Positions 11,426 to 24,195 of a stretch of DNA of 64,000 nt are shown piece after piece (within the stretch, counting starts at the first letter, position 1; each line of letters opens with the position of its first letter). Made by a program: the position numbers and the translations under genes. Below the pieces are notes generated by a model. The model was not told where the DNA came from, ran no database searches, and saw only the letters and a list, made by a program, of their open reading frames with translations. The DNA lies in contig OX597815.1 of NCBI GenBank assembly GCA_951406725.2, forward strand, positions 168,516,001-168,580,000, given 5' to 3'. Source of the DNA: Octopus vulgaris. Its lineage: Eukaryota.

Positions 11426-11567
11426 ATCCAAACAAGAAAACACAACAACGCGAGGACGTGGAACAAATATAGTATTATTGGACGCTCAGGAAAGAAGGGA
11501 AGAAGGAGGGTTTAACGTTTCGAGCGGAGCTCTTCGTCGGAAACATAGGAGAAGGAAAGATCCAGAC
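11422..11567 (-). mobile_element. Short Penelope-like terminal fragment with a minimal hammerhead
   Basis: Minus strand 11544-11510: GTTT-CCGACGA-A-GAGC(TCC)GCTC-GAAA-CGTT-AAAC. It sits between (TA)n and (CATA)n. Confidence 0.7.
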
Positions 11568-14500
11568 ATACATACATACATCACTGTTTTAACATCCACT
11601 TCTCCATTCTTGCATAAATCGGACAAAATTTATTGAGGTAGATTTCCCTATGGCCAGATGCCCTTTCAGTAGCCAACCCTCACATCTTTCCAAGCAAGGT
11701 AATATTTTCCCATGGCCAGACATATTTTCAAAGAAGATTAGAAACAAGGGACACTGCTTGAATGCTAGCGACACACATTTACAACTATTGTGTAATATCA
11801 AGACAGGGAAACACAGACGCACATACTCCTATAAACACACACACACTCCTATAAACACACACACACACACATACATACACACATACATGGTGACTGTCAA
11901 TTCATAGAGGAGTATGACCATCAGTAACAAATTATTATATCTTAATTGTTGAAGACTATGGCTGTCAGCAATGCCTGTGCTGACACTTAAAGTCAAAGCA
12001 ACTTGAAGAACATGTTAAGACTCACACCTGCAAAGCTAAGTAGCTCAGAAACTACCAAGAGCATGAATTCTGCAATGAGGTGGGTTTTATTTTGGAATTT
12101 TCTTCTCCTGGAGAGATGTCTAAATAAAGATTAGGAATCTCATTCCCATCTGTGGGATGTCAGTTGACTCAGAGTACACACACACACACACACACACACA
12201 CATGACAGTCTTCTTTCAGTTTTCAATTACCAAATCCACTCAAAATGTGTTGGTCAGCCTGAATCTATAGCAGGAGATACTTGTCCAAGGAGACACACAG
12301 TGAAACTAAACCCAAAACTATATGGTTGGGGAGCATACAGCTTAACCATACAGCCATACTTATGTATATCACTCTTATTCTTATAAGTGAATATAATATG
12401 GGTCACTGAGGTCTAGCAAAATCTGACACAAGCACCTTACTGACTTTCAAAGCCAGATCCATACGAAGCTGCACTATTATGAAAATCATCGCAAGATTTC
12501 AATCAGCTGATTTTATTGGAGTTATCTCCCTTACTTGTTAAATGTTAAACACTATTTGCAATAGTTTCTGCCTACAATTTGCTTCAATAAATCTCAGGTG
12601 ATGAAATATTTTCAATTTACTAGATTATATATGTAAGATTCTACCAAGCTTTTCCAATGTATACTTTTTTTTTAGATGATGGGATAAGATTAAAGGAAGG
12701 ATTTTGCTGCAGTTAACAATGCAGAGACTCCTCCATCAATTGTGCCATATATTAATGTAGGAGCTGTTCTTGCTAAGGCATTTTAATCCTTTTGGTACCA
12801 ACACACCAAAGACCACTTCTGGTTCTATCATACAATTTTCCTGTTTCAATGTGATTGAAATGTTATATTAATTCATGTTCCAAACGCTAGCGTAATAACG
12901 ACAAAATTCAATAAACTCATTATCACCACCGTGTGTGTGTGTATGTGCACACACACGTGCAATAATAATGAGTAACGTAAAGAAAATAATATTGTGGGTA
13001 CTTGAAGGACTTTTAATTGAGTCCTATTTTGTCTGTCATCTTCTCATGCTAATTGGTATAAATTTTTCATATGTAGGAGATGAGTCTTTCCATAAGGCAC
13101 AATATTTTAGAAAAGGGGGAAAAAAAACAATTTTACTCATGTTGTTGTTATTGTTTAACTCCAAGTTATCCTTGATCAAGTAACTGTATGATCAAAAGCA
13201 TTCCAGACATGACCATCCCTCCTGATTTTTTTTTTTTTTTATATAAGAGACTACATTGTTAACCTTTATTTAAGATGGTAAGATGTAATCTGATAGTGAC
13301 TTAGCTACTATTTCAAGCAAGTCAAACAATTGTGTAATGGATCATTTGTCAGTTTGAAAAAAAAACTGTTGTTGTTATTGTTGGCAGATGGTAAAGAATA
13401 ATAATAGTGACAATGGTATTTTCAGCCAATTTTCATTAGTTCTATAGCACCCAATCTTCTAAAGATAAGATTGAAAATTAATTATTTATATAGATCCGAA
13501 ATAGAATAACTGTCAAGAATTTCCTGTTCTAATACCTTCTTGTAAAGATGTGTAAACTAAAAATAGTGATCAGCATGTCTGTGTGAGGGAGATCAGACTG
13601 CAGCGTTTAGTTCACACAAGTCAGTGGGAAGACTATGTTTTTCTGCCAAAAATTCCACTCACCTTACATCTAATATTCCATTCAAGAATCAGTAGCCTCT
13701 GTCACTGAAAAGGGTGGACTGTTTATTAAATTTCATATTTGTTACAACATGAGGTTTTATTCTTATGTTTTAGAGGAAATGGCAGTATCAAGTTAGCAAA
13801 ATAACTATTTTAGTTTTAACAAAGAATAGTTATTCAGTTAATAGTTATTGTAATAGACAGAACAGACAATTACTGTCTATATCTTCAGTAGGAATTATTT
13901 CTTTTATGATTAGAAGGCAGAATGTATGTGTGTGTCCTGTGTGCATGCGTGTGTGTGCATGTGCATACATGCATGCTCATGTGTACAAATAAGAAGGTTG
14001 CTTTGCAACCCTGTGGTTTTGGGGTTCAATCCCACTGCATGGCACTTTGGACAAGTGTCTTCTACTATAGCCTCAGGTTGACCAATATTTTGTAAGTGAA
14101 TCTGGTAGATGGAAACTGTGGAAGCCCATAATGTGTGTGTCTCCCAAGCATCATTTGACAACATGTGCTGGTTTGTTTGCATTCCCATATTTCCTTGTGG
14201 TCAATCATGTTTTCATGAAAGATTAGAAATGAATGACACTGTATGACAATAAAACTTGCAGTGTGTATGTGTGAAATACACATACACACATATATATATA
14301 TATATATACACAGGCACACATATACACACACTCAGACAGCACATACACACACACATGTATACATATGCCATGATGTTTGGACAGGCCTGCGTTTTTCCTT
14401 TGCCATTTTATTTACCTCCAGCATTTTTTCTCCTTCACCAGTTTTTCATTGCCATTTTGTTTACTCAATGTCCAGCCTAGCATTTGAAAGAAAAGTGAAT

Positions 14501-16387
14501 GCGCAAAACATTAGAAATGTTTCCATCACTTTTTTATCCATTTCCAGCGCATCAAACTAATGTTTCTTATTTACCTCATTTTTGTGTTGCATTTTTTGCA
14601 GACTTTGCACCTTACACACATACATACACACACACACACACATACATTTACCATTATTGTCAGCTTTATCTTGTATCCAAAGTATTTATTTTCTTCTCTG
14701 TTGAACACTTCCTTTGTGGTGATACTGTTGATGACTGTAGACTAATTCTTGCATAGAAGAGTTGATAGCATATATATATATATATATACACACAAACACA
14801 CACTAAGAGGATCTTTCAAATTCCATCTACCAAATTCACTCACAAGACTTAGGTTGACTTGGAGTTATGGTAGAAAACATTGCCCAAAGTGCCACTTGAA
14901 AATAACTGGAAGGGTTTGGTTAATTAACTAACATGTTTTCATCTACTCATCATATGTGAACTTAAAAGATTTCTACATAAAATTATGATGGAAGCCTTTA
15001 GATTTGAATAAGAACACTTAATAATAGTGGTTTTGTAACATTTTTAACATAAAACTAGAGGTAGTCTAAAGTAGGTTGCCATCGAGAGGGTTAAAGTAAC
15101 CTACTTGACCTTTTCATAGAATATATCTATATCTATCTATAATGTTATTCCACTCCTTCTAACCAGTTTCAAGATAATGTTTTTTTTTTAACAGTCCTTG
15201 TATTCTTCATCACTGTATCAACGTCGCACAACCTTTTTACTGCGTTAGTATTTATTCTACAGCCTATAAAGTTAGACAGTTAAAAAATAACGTAGTAATG
15301 TCAAATTCATTTATATCTTGCTACATACATCCTTCAGCAAATATTTTAAATTAATAGTACAACAACATCTTCCTTTCTATACACTTGGTTCAGCATTCGT
15401 TTCAAAATTGTAAAAATAAATTAATTTTGTATGAAAAATTGAATCATGCCTTCTGAATTTTCTTCGACTGTCACTTTCTTCACTGTGATATTAAATTGTG
15501 AATTTTATAACATTTAGTTCATGTTCCAAATAAATGTTGACTTTTTGTACTTTGTTACATTGGTGTTGTATAGTAACTTTTGCTAAATTGATAACTTTCC
15601 ATTTTTTTATAGCATAACTATGCTACAGAAAGCATGTTTTGCACCTGTATTGACTACATTTCATTTTGCTTGAACTTCATATGTGTACATTTTACTGTTT
15701 TCAATATTATCAATTCCATGAGTGTGTTTCTGTGTTCCTTATGTCTATAGTAAACTATAGTAAAGAACATTTTACACTGTTTTAATGAGCCTACATCTAA
15801 TGAAGTAGCTATCCTTATTGTCGGTGATCTCCATGAAAATCATGATATTCTTATTCATGTTCAAGATAACAACCTTAAACATGTTTCACAGACTCACCCC
15901 TCTTATCATGCTTTCCAGTATACTTTTATTCTGTGGAATGGACAAGATGGGTATCATTTCAAAATTCCATGGATTGAACCTGCAACAAGATAGCCAATTA
16001 CAAACAAATAGGTGTCATCAAATGACTTCTATTCTTACTAACTGATGTTAAGGCCAGAACAGTCAAATCAATTACACATGTCAAATAAACTTTATTTTCA
16101 TTTACATATTTTCTATGTTATCTCAATAACCAGCTATAGTTATTTCAACTTGAATTGAAATTACAAAATGTTGCATTACATGAGTGACGACGTGTGAATA
16201 ATGAAAGTAATGTTTCTGCCCATATGAAAGGAGCAAACAATACAATGTGCCTGTAGGTCATAACACCCAAGCAACGCCGGGATGCATTGGTAGTGTGTGT
16301 GTGTGTGTATGTATATATGCATGTGTGTGTGTGTATATGTATATATGCATGTGTGTGTGTGTATATGTATATATGCATGTGTGTGTA

Positions 16388-16765
16388 TCATCATCATCAT
16401 CATCATCATCATCGTTTAGCGTCCGTTTTCCATGCTAGCATGGGTTGGATGGTTCTACTGGGGTCTGTGAAGCCAGAAGGCTTCATCAGGCCCAGTCAAA
16501 TCTGGCAGTGTTTCTACGGCTGGATGCCCTTCCTAACGCCAACCACTCCGTGAGTGTAGTGGGTGCTTTTTACGTGCCACCCGCACAGGTGCCAGACAGA
16601 GCTGGCAAACGGCCATGAACGGATGGTGCTTTTTATGTGCCACCGGCACAAGGGCCAGGCGAGGCTGGCAACGGACACGAAACGGGGCGGTGCTGGCAAC
16701 GGTCGCGAAACGGAAGGTTCTCTGACATGCCACCGGCACTGGTAACACATCTGCAATTTCCATTG
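16388..16765 (-). mobile_element. RTE-LINE 3' UTR fragment with internal ~63-bp repeats
   Basis: (GAT)n tail on the minus strand, the GGTTGGCGTTAGGAAGGGCATCCAGC block, and repeated GTGCCACCGGCAC units. The same UTR is attached to RTE ORF2 at 56471-57335. Confidence 0.8.
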
Positions 16766-16839
16766 TATATATATATATATGTATATATATGTATAACAGG
16801 AATGTTAAAATGATGATGATGATGATGACGACGATGAAT

Positions 16840-16993
16840 AAAATATATATGTATATATATGTATGAGTATATATGTGTGTGTGTGTGTGTATATATGTTT
16901 GTGAAGGTATGTGTATATATGTGTGTGTGTGTATATGTATACATGTATATATATGTATATATGTATATATATATATGTATATATGTATGTGCT

Positions 16994-17024
<31 letters not shown>

Positions 17025-17143
17025 GTATATATATATGTGTGTGTGTGTATTTATATATGTGTGTGTGTGTGTGTATTTATATGTGTGTGTGTGTATATAT
17101 ATATATGTGTGTGTGTATATATATATATGTATGTATGTATATA
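16840..17143. repeat. Compound (TA)/(TG) microsatellite
   Basis: Seen directly in the sequence. Confidence 0.95.
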
Positions 17144-17730
17144 TCGACAAACTTACCAGACAATCTTAAGAACCTCACATATCTCTTCCACTCTGCTAAG
17201 ACATTTACTAAATATACTTTCTGGCACTCTCCAAGCTAGCAGGATTTGGCATCTGAGGTTTTATCCTCTAAATGTATTTCCCTGACATTGTAAACACATG
17301 ATAAAAATGCAGAACACATGATAAAAATACAGATAAACTATTTCTATCAACACATAATTTAACAAACCTTTTATGGGTTATGGTTTTTATACATCCATGG
17401 TCAGAGTGTTTTGGGTTTGTTTTTTTTAATTTTGTCAAATTGGTGAAACAATTATTAAATTTTTTTTTTCTTTTCAAATAGTTAGATGCATTCCTATTGT
17501 TAATAAGTCAGGCACAGGCATACTTGCATGGTTAAGAAGTTTAATTCCTAACCTCATTAGTTAGGAAGTAACTAATGAGTTAGGAAGTAACTAATGAGAC
17601 ATTACATAGTCTCAGGTTCAGTTTCACAATATTGATTATTGGGCAAGGGTCTTGTACTAAAGCCCTTGAAAGAAACCTATTGTGTGTGTGTGTGTGTGTG
17701 TGCATACATGCATGTGTGTGTCTTTTTGTC

Positions 17731-17955
17731 TGAGCTGGCAGAAACGTTAGCATGCCAGGCGAAATGCCCAGTGGTATTTCGTCTGTATTTACATTCTAAG
17801 TTCAAATTCCGCCAAGGTCAACTTTGCCTTTCATCCTTTTGGGGTCGATAAATTAAGTACCAGTTACGCACTGGGGTCGATATAATCAACTTAATCCGTT
17901 TGTCTGTCCTTGTTTGTCCCCTCTGTGTTTAGCCCCTTGTGGGTAGTAAAGAAAT
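17731..17955 (+). mobile_element. SINE family B
   Basis: GAGCTGGCAGAAACGTTAGCA...AGTTCAAATTCCGCCAAGGTCAACTTTGCCTTTCATCCTTTTGGGGTCGATAAATTAAGTACCAG. The central block resembles, from memory, the Meta/MESC SINE domain. Confidence 0.8.
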
Positions 17956-18589
17956 ATATACATTACATGGCTTTTGCAAAAGAAAATTCATTTCTAATAT
18001 TCTGTGAAAACATGTCTAGTCATGGGGAAATGTTAGCTGCCTTGGAAATAGAAAAGGATTAGCAACAGGAAGGTCATCTGGCTGTAGAAAACTTATCTCA
18101 ATATATTTTTCTGTCCAATTCATGCAAGCTTGGAAAAGCGAATGTTAAAATGATGATGATGATGATGACGATGAATAAAATTTATTGAGATAACGAGTAC
18201 TATCTGACTATGTGTCTTGCTCAGTAGTACAAAAGAATAAACAGTGGTGAGGTCAGTACTTATGAATACGTACATAGTCTGTAATTTAACATCTTAACTA
18301 GAAACCATTGCATCTCGCACTTGGCCATTCCATAGAATCAACTGTATTAATACCAATGTGAGGATATATTGCTAACAATGAAACAGAAAATGGCATATAA
18401 ATCTAGTTTTTTGTCACGACGCAATTTAAATTTAAAATTAATTTCTCAGAGAATGATATGGAAATAAAAATAATCAATTAAAAATTTTAAAAAAATAAAG
18501 AATAAATGAAAAGATGAAGATTAAAATGCGTTTTTTTTTTAATTAAAACGGATTTGGAGATGATAGAAGAAAAAAAGAGGAGCTAGGAA

Positions 18590-18630
<41 letters not shown>

Positions 18631-19779
18631 AGAGAAAAATAAAGTCAATAAAAATAACATTGAAGAAAATGAAGGAAGAAGTTGTAAACGACAAAGAGGG
18701 TGAAGAAGATAAAGTGAGTAACAAGGCGGCAATGCCATAAAATTTTAATATAAAACTATTCACTATTATTAGAGACAAAAAGAAGTACTTCATTTGCAAT
18801 TCTCATATCTGATTTTCACCATAAAAGTAAAAATAAATATAAAAATAAAACCATAGGGATATTAAAATTTTTCAAAAATCTAGGAGTTTACTTAAATCCA
18901 TTTTCTATGGGATTCAATATCAAATAATACTTCAGAACAGCACAAAATCTCGGGGAAAAAAGCCTAATCAACAAATCTTTTGTTCTTCCACAATTTTGAG
19001 TTAAGAAGATTTTGTCTTGGTAGAATTGGCTTTATCAAATTAGATAACCTTCAGTGATGTGGAATGAAGTGTTTTTCTGCAATATTTTTGCTTCTTCATT
19101 TTTTATCCATTTATTTATTCTTATTTCTTTATTTTTTATTTATTTCTTCTTATTTCTTTATTTATTTCTTCTTGTTTATTTATTTATTTATTTTTCTTGT
19201 TCATAAATATGCAATAGAACTGTGCAGATAAAAGAATTTAACCATGTATGGCTGAAGAATAATTTTGACACAAAATAGCCAACTATTTTGCTTTCGATTT
19301 ACAAAACAGATTCAGTATAAAATAAATAAATAGATAAATAAAATAAAATAGAAATAATAAAAAAAAAGTTTAAAAATCAAGACAGTCTGTTGCGGAAAGA
19401 AGTCAGTAGTTGTAATATGTAGAATTAAAAACAGAATTTTCAATAAAAGTTGTTATTTTGTTTGTTTGTTTGAAGTCAGTCATACAAAAGAACTTATTGT
19501 ATAGATAATAATCACGTCACTGAATTTCTTTGAAAGATCAGATTTCTGAAAGTTGCTATGACTGTTACTGTTCTGCTTCAAAAAACGATATATGCTGCAG
19601 TGCTATCCTCTAAAAATTATACATTAGTTGCAAGATGATAAATGATATTTCATTTTAAGCATTTACACATTAAATATTGCTTCATATTGACATTTCAATA
19701 TCCAATTTTTATTTTGGAACAGATAATGAGGCCTTCTCAGAACTGCACAGAGTAAACCACATATATACAAGCATGATAG

Positions 19780-19802
19780 AATGTATATGTATGTGTATGC
19801 AC

Positions 19803-19833
<31 letters not shown>

Positions 19834-20131
19834 TGTATCTATGTATGTATGTATGTATGTGTGCATGTATGAGTGTGTGCATGTGTGAGTGTGTGTATAT
19901 GTGTGTATATGTATGTATGTGTATGTATGTATATGTGTATGTATGTATGTGTGCATATATGAGTGTGTGCATGTGAGTGCATATGTACGTGTGTCCATAT
20001 ATATGTGTGTGCATATGTATGTATGTGTGTATGTATGTGTGTATGTATGTATGTATGTATGTATGTATGTATGCATGTATGTATGTATGCATGCATGTAT
20101 GTATGCATGCATGCATGTATGTATGTGTATG
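19780..20131. repeat. (TATG)n/(TG)n microsatellite
   Basis: Seen directly in the sequence. Confidence 0.95.
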
Positions 20132-20620
20132 GAGCTATCTGTGGGTGTGTTAAACACAATACAATAGCTATGATATTAAGACACTGGTTTACTAGCCATG
20201 TCTTCTGATAGCCAGATTAATACATTAACACTAAGTTCTATTCTTTTTCAAGAAATAAGAAGTTTGGGTAAGATCATCGGCCATCAAACTCAAGGGTCAC
20301 CAGCTCAAGGCATGAACAACTTTGGCTATCTAGAGAGTCATCTTATAACCAGTACTAAAATATCCATAATTGCAAAATCCAACATTTGAAATATGCAAGA
20401 AATGCCTTTGCGCATCTGTGAATATAAATTTTTCAGAGCTGAAACAACTGAACTGAAGCTATCCCTGCTTTCCAGTACAAATCAGAATCCTGGGTCATCT
20501 ACTGTAGACATCTGACTTAATTGAAGCTCTTCCACCGGCATTACATTTACACCATTCTAAAGATCAACTGAGACAATTATAGAACCAGCATTCGGCTTTC
20601 TTAAAGAAGCAAATACCACC

Positions 20621-21034
20621 AGCGCAAGTGTGACTGTGTGGTAAGTAGCTTGCTTACCAGCCACAAGGTTCTGGGTTTAGTCCCACTGCATGGCACCTTG
20701 GGCAAGTGTCTTCTACTATAGCCTCGGGCCGACCAAAGCCTTGTGAGTGGATTTGGTAGACAGAAACTTAAAGAAGCCCGTCGTATATATGTATATATGC
20801 ATATATCACAGCTTGTGTACATGTTTGTGCGTCTGTGTTTGTCTCCCTACCATTGCTTGACAACCGATGCTGGTGTGTTTATGTCCCCATAACTCAACGG
20901 TTCGGCAAAAGAGACTGATTTAATAAGTACTAGACTTACAAAGAATAAGTCCTGGGGTCAATTTGCTCGACTAAAAGGCGGTGCTCCAGCACGGCCGCAG
21001 TCAAATGACTGAAACAAGTAAAAGAGTAAAGAGA
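20621..21034 (+). mobile_element. SINE family A, full-length (the dominant SINE of the window)
   Basis: tRNA-like head, CORE-like CCTTGGGCAAGTGTCTT, internal (TA)/(TG) tract and an AAAGAGT-repeat tail. Further copies or fragments lie at about 3810, 6660, 9205, 12200, 13985, 35440, 39440, 42170, 45725, 46158, 49370, 52038 and 56240. Confidence 0.9.
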
Positions 21035-21934
21035 GCATTGAAGTAACCATTTCGAAAATTGCTTTCGATAAACAGGATGTATGCTTGAAATAGAAGTCAG
21101 GTGATACCCCCCCCCCCCCCCAGCAAATTCTCTACAGTCAGCAGAGAGAGGGGAACTGAACAAGAAGGGGACAGCTGAATCACTTTGACAATGTCATAAA
21201 AGCAATACAAGAAAAAGAAAATTAACATTAAAGTTAATAACCAGGAGGGTTCTGCTCCTGACATAACAACCTCCAAGCTCATTCATTCATCAAGAAATGG
21301 ACTGGTTTGAATGATTACACAGAGAAGTTTGCTAAGCTGAACCCAACAGCCAAAAACCATTCTCCACTCTACAATGAGTTGCTCTCACTGTTACAAAAAC
21401 TGTGCCTAGGATAAAATTAATTAATTACCTATTCAGGCTTGCTAATAGCCTCTGATCTGGAAGACCACCATCTTTCATTTTAAAGAATTGTTCTGTATGT
21501 GTGTGTAGATGCAGGCTGAGCTAACCAATGCCTTATGAGTGAATCTGGTAAGGGGAAACTCTATGAAGTCCATCTTGTATGTGTGTAAGAGTGTGCATGT
21601 GTGTGAGAGTGTGTATGTGTGTGCACATATGTTTACATGAATGTTTACTGTTTGGGCTTTGCTACAAACAATGAATTCTGCTGTCAATTTCCAGTTAACA
21701 ATTCAGTCACAAGTTTTGTGCTTTCATAAATGGGTGGAATACAAAAAAAAAATCCCTTATGGAAAAACAGATAAAATAACCAAAAGACATACACACACAA
21801 ATATACACATAGATATATGCAAACACAAACACAGACACGTGTATATATACATACAAATATAAAGTTTATACACACATACAAACACACACACACACACACA
21901 CATACGTACATACATACATACATACATACATACA

Positions 21935-21970
<36 letters not shown>

Positions 21971-22069
21971 TCTGAATATATGTGTTTGTACCATACTGGT
22001 GATACATAAAAGGGTACTCCTGCAGGTGACACATAAAAGATACCCATGGTGGTGACATACGGTGACATA

Positions 22070-22270
22070 TAAAAAGACACCTGTGCCAGTGACATGTAAG
22101 ACACCCAGTATACTCTGTAAAGCGGTTGGCATTAGGGAGGGCATCCAGCTGTAGAAATCAAGCCAAAACAGACAACTGGAGCCTGATACAGCTTTCCAGC
22201 TTACCAGCTCTAGTCAAAGCATTCAAAAAAGCCAGCATAGAAAACGAGTGTTAAATAATGATGATGATGA
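22070..22270 (+). mobile_element. RTE-LINE-related 3' tail fragment
   Basis: GTGCCAGTGACATGTAAGACACCC...GGTTGGCATTAGGGAGGGCATCCAGCTGTAGAAA...(GAT)n. Confidence 0.65.
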
Positions 22271-22279
22271 TATATATAT

Positions 22280-22460
22280 ATATATATATTCTACACATTC
22301 TTTATTTTCTCTCCTTGTTTGTTTCTGTGTTCATTTCTGTGGAACAGCGTAGGCTCAACACATTAAAGACTTTTTCACTTCCTGAGCATTATACTAATAT
22401 ATCTGTTTGTCGTCTACACCACCTGTCTTCATCTTTTGTTTTTTTCTGAATTCTCCCCCT
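22280..22460 (+). mobile_element. Penelope-like terminal fragment with a degenerate hammerhead
   Basis: TTTCTGTGGAACAGCGTAGGCTCAACACATTAAAGAC (22334-22370) is a decayed version of the motif at 10498-10535, and the downstream CCTGAGC...ATACTAAT...CCACCTG...GTTTT also aligns. It sits between (TA)n and (TG)n. Confidence 0.6.
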
Positions 22461-22894
22461 GTGTGTGTGTGTGTGTGTGTGTGCGTGTGTGTGTGTACGC
22501 ATGTGTGTGTACAACAAAAACATCAGCATTTGCTATATTCAGGTCAAAAGTTTACAATATTGCTATTTCTAATACCAAATAGGCTTGCAGTTTCTTCTAT
22601 GAGCCAATTGGCATAAATCAGTTTCCAAGTGCTAAAAGAAGGAAAAAAGTGACATAGTCACAACTGGAACATTTTTGATATGTCTGCTTGGTATGGATAA
22701 CCCAGAATTAAATGACAACACTACACTTCAAAGAATCAATAAGGAATTTTGTACGCAGCCACTCCCTGCTACAAATATTAGCCAAATCCCAGTCAAGAGA
22801 AAGAGTTCTTTGAATAATGTAGCCCTAGACAAACTATGTCTTAATAAAAATAGTAAATTTGATTAGTTTTACAATTCTTAGCAACATTTCATTC

Positions 22895-23765
22895 ATCTTT
22901 ACATTCTGAGTTCAAATTCTACTGAAGTCAGCTTTGTCTTTCAGCTGTTTGGGATTGATGAAATAAGTACCAGTTGAACACTGGGGTTGATGCAATCGAC
23001 TAGCCCATTCCCTCAAAATTTTTGGGTCTTGTGCCTAGAGAAGAAAGGGTTATCATCATCATCATCATTATTACTATTATTATTATTATGGTGGCAAGCT
23101 GGCAGAATCATTAGCACACCAGGCAAAATGCTTAGCAGCATCTTACCTGTTTTTATGTTCTGAGTTCAAATTCTGCCAAGGTCAACTTTGCCTTTCAACC
23201 TTTCAGAGTCAATTAAATAAGTACCAGCTACACACTGAGGTCGATGTAATCAACTTACCCCTCCCGCAAAAAAATTTTCAGGCCTTATGCCTATAATAGA
23301 AAGGATTATCATCATCATTATTATTATTAACCCTTTCGTTACCAACCCGGCTGAAACCGGCTCTGGCTCTGAGTACAAATGTCTTGTTTTCAAAAGTTTT
23401 GAATCAAAATCTTCCACCAAACCTCAGTCACAATTAATGTTCCTAACACTTGGTTAATGATAATTAAGTTATTTTACTAAATTCTTTGTTATAATTAAAG
23501 TAACTGAAAGAAACACAGAGCATCTCAAAATAAATACAGTAACGAAAGGGTTAAGGTAGCAAGCTGGCAAAATTGTTAACATGCTGGACAAAATTCTTAG
23601 CAGTTTTTCGCTCGTCCCTACATTCTGAGTTCAAACTCCACTGAGGTCGACTTTGCCTTTCATTCTTTTGGAGTCGATAAAATAAGTACCAGTTGAACAC
23701 TGAGGTTGATGTAATTGACTCATTCCCACCTCTCCCAAGCTGCCCTTGTGGCAAAAATTTGAAAT
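22895..23765 (+). mobile_element. Three head-to-tail SINE family B copies
   Basis: TTCTGAGTTCAAA...ACTTTGCCTTTCA...AAGTACCAG recurs at about 22903, 23158 and 23623, each followed by an (ATC/ATT)n tail. Confidence 0.8.
23331..23550. mobile_element. piggyBac-type MITE
   Basis: TTAA-CCCTTTCGTTAC ... GTAACGAAAGGG-TTAA: perfect 12-bp TIR and TTAA TSD. Confidence 0.85.
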
Positions 23766-23900
23766 TATTACTATTATTATTATTATTATTATCATCATTA
23801 TTATCATTATTATCATTATTATCATTATTATCATCATTATTATTATCATCATTATTATTATCATCACCATCATTATTTTTATTATTATTACTATTATTAC

Positions 23901-23940
<40 letters not shown>
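23765..23940. repeat. (ATT/ATC)n microsatellite (expanded SINE tail)
   Basis: Seen directly in the sequence. Confidence 0.95.
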
Positions 23941-24195
23941 ACATAACACAAAAATCACTTCCTGATTCAAATAAACATAAAACATCTGGCCATAACAAAA
24001 TAGTTTCATTGCAACATAGATTGTGACACTAAACTTAAACTATGTTGCCAACCTATTATAACAAATCACAAAGAAACTGAGACTCTAATATACTAAATTC
24101 AAATTGCATGTCATTATTGTGACCTTTTTTTGCATGGTTGTGTCTATTCATAGCCAGAGGAATGAATTATCATATCATTTGTTAGTTTTTATCCT

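Noticed and set aside
13663-13704. 42-nt minus-strand segment with strong acceptor (CTTTTCAG) and donor (AAG|GTGAGT)
   Set aside because: Stops occur in all three frames, and such pseudo-exons are expected by chance in 60 kb. There is no evidence for a poison exon without RNA data.
20161-20620. Non-repetitive, coding-like stretch (similar ones at about 28150-28600 and 54780-55130)
   Set aside because: Stops in the frames examined and no recognisable motif. Possibly old LINE debris, but not supportable.
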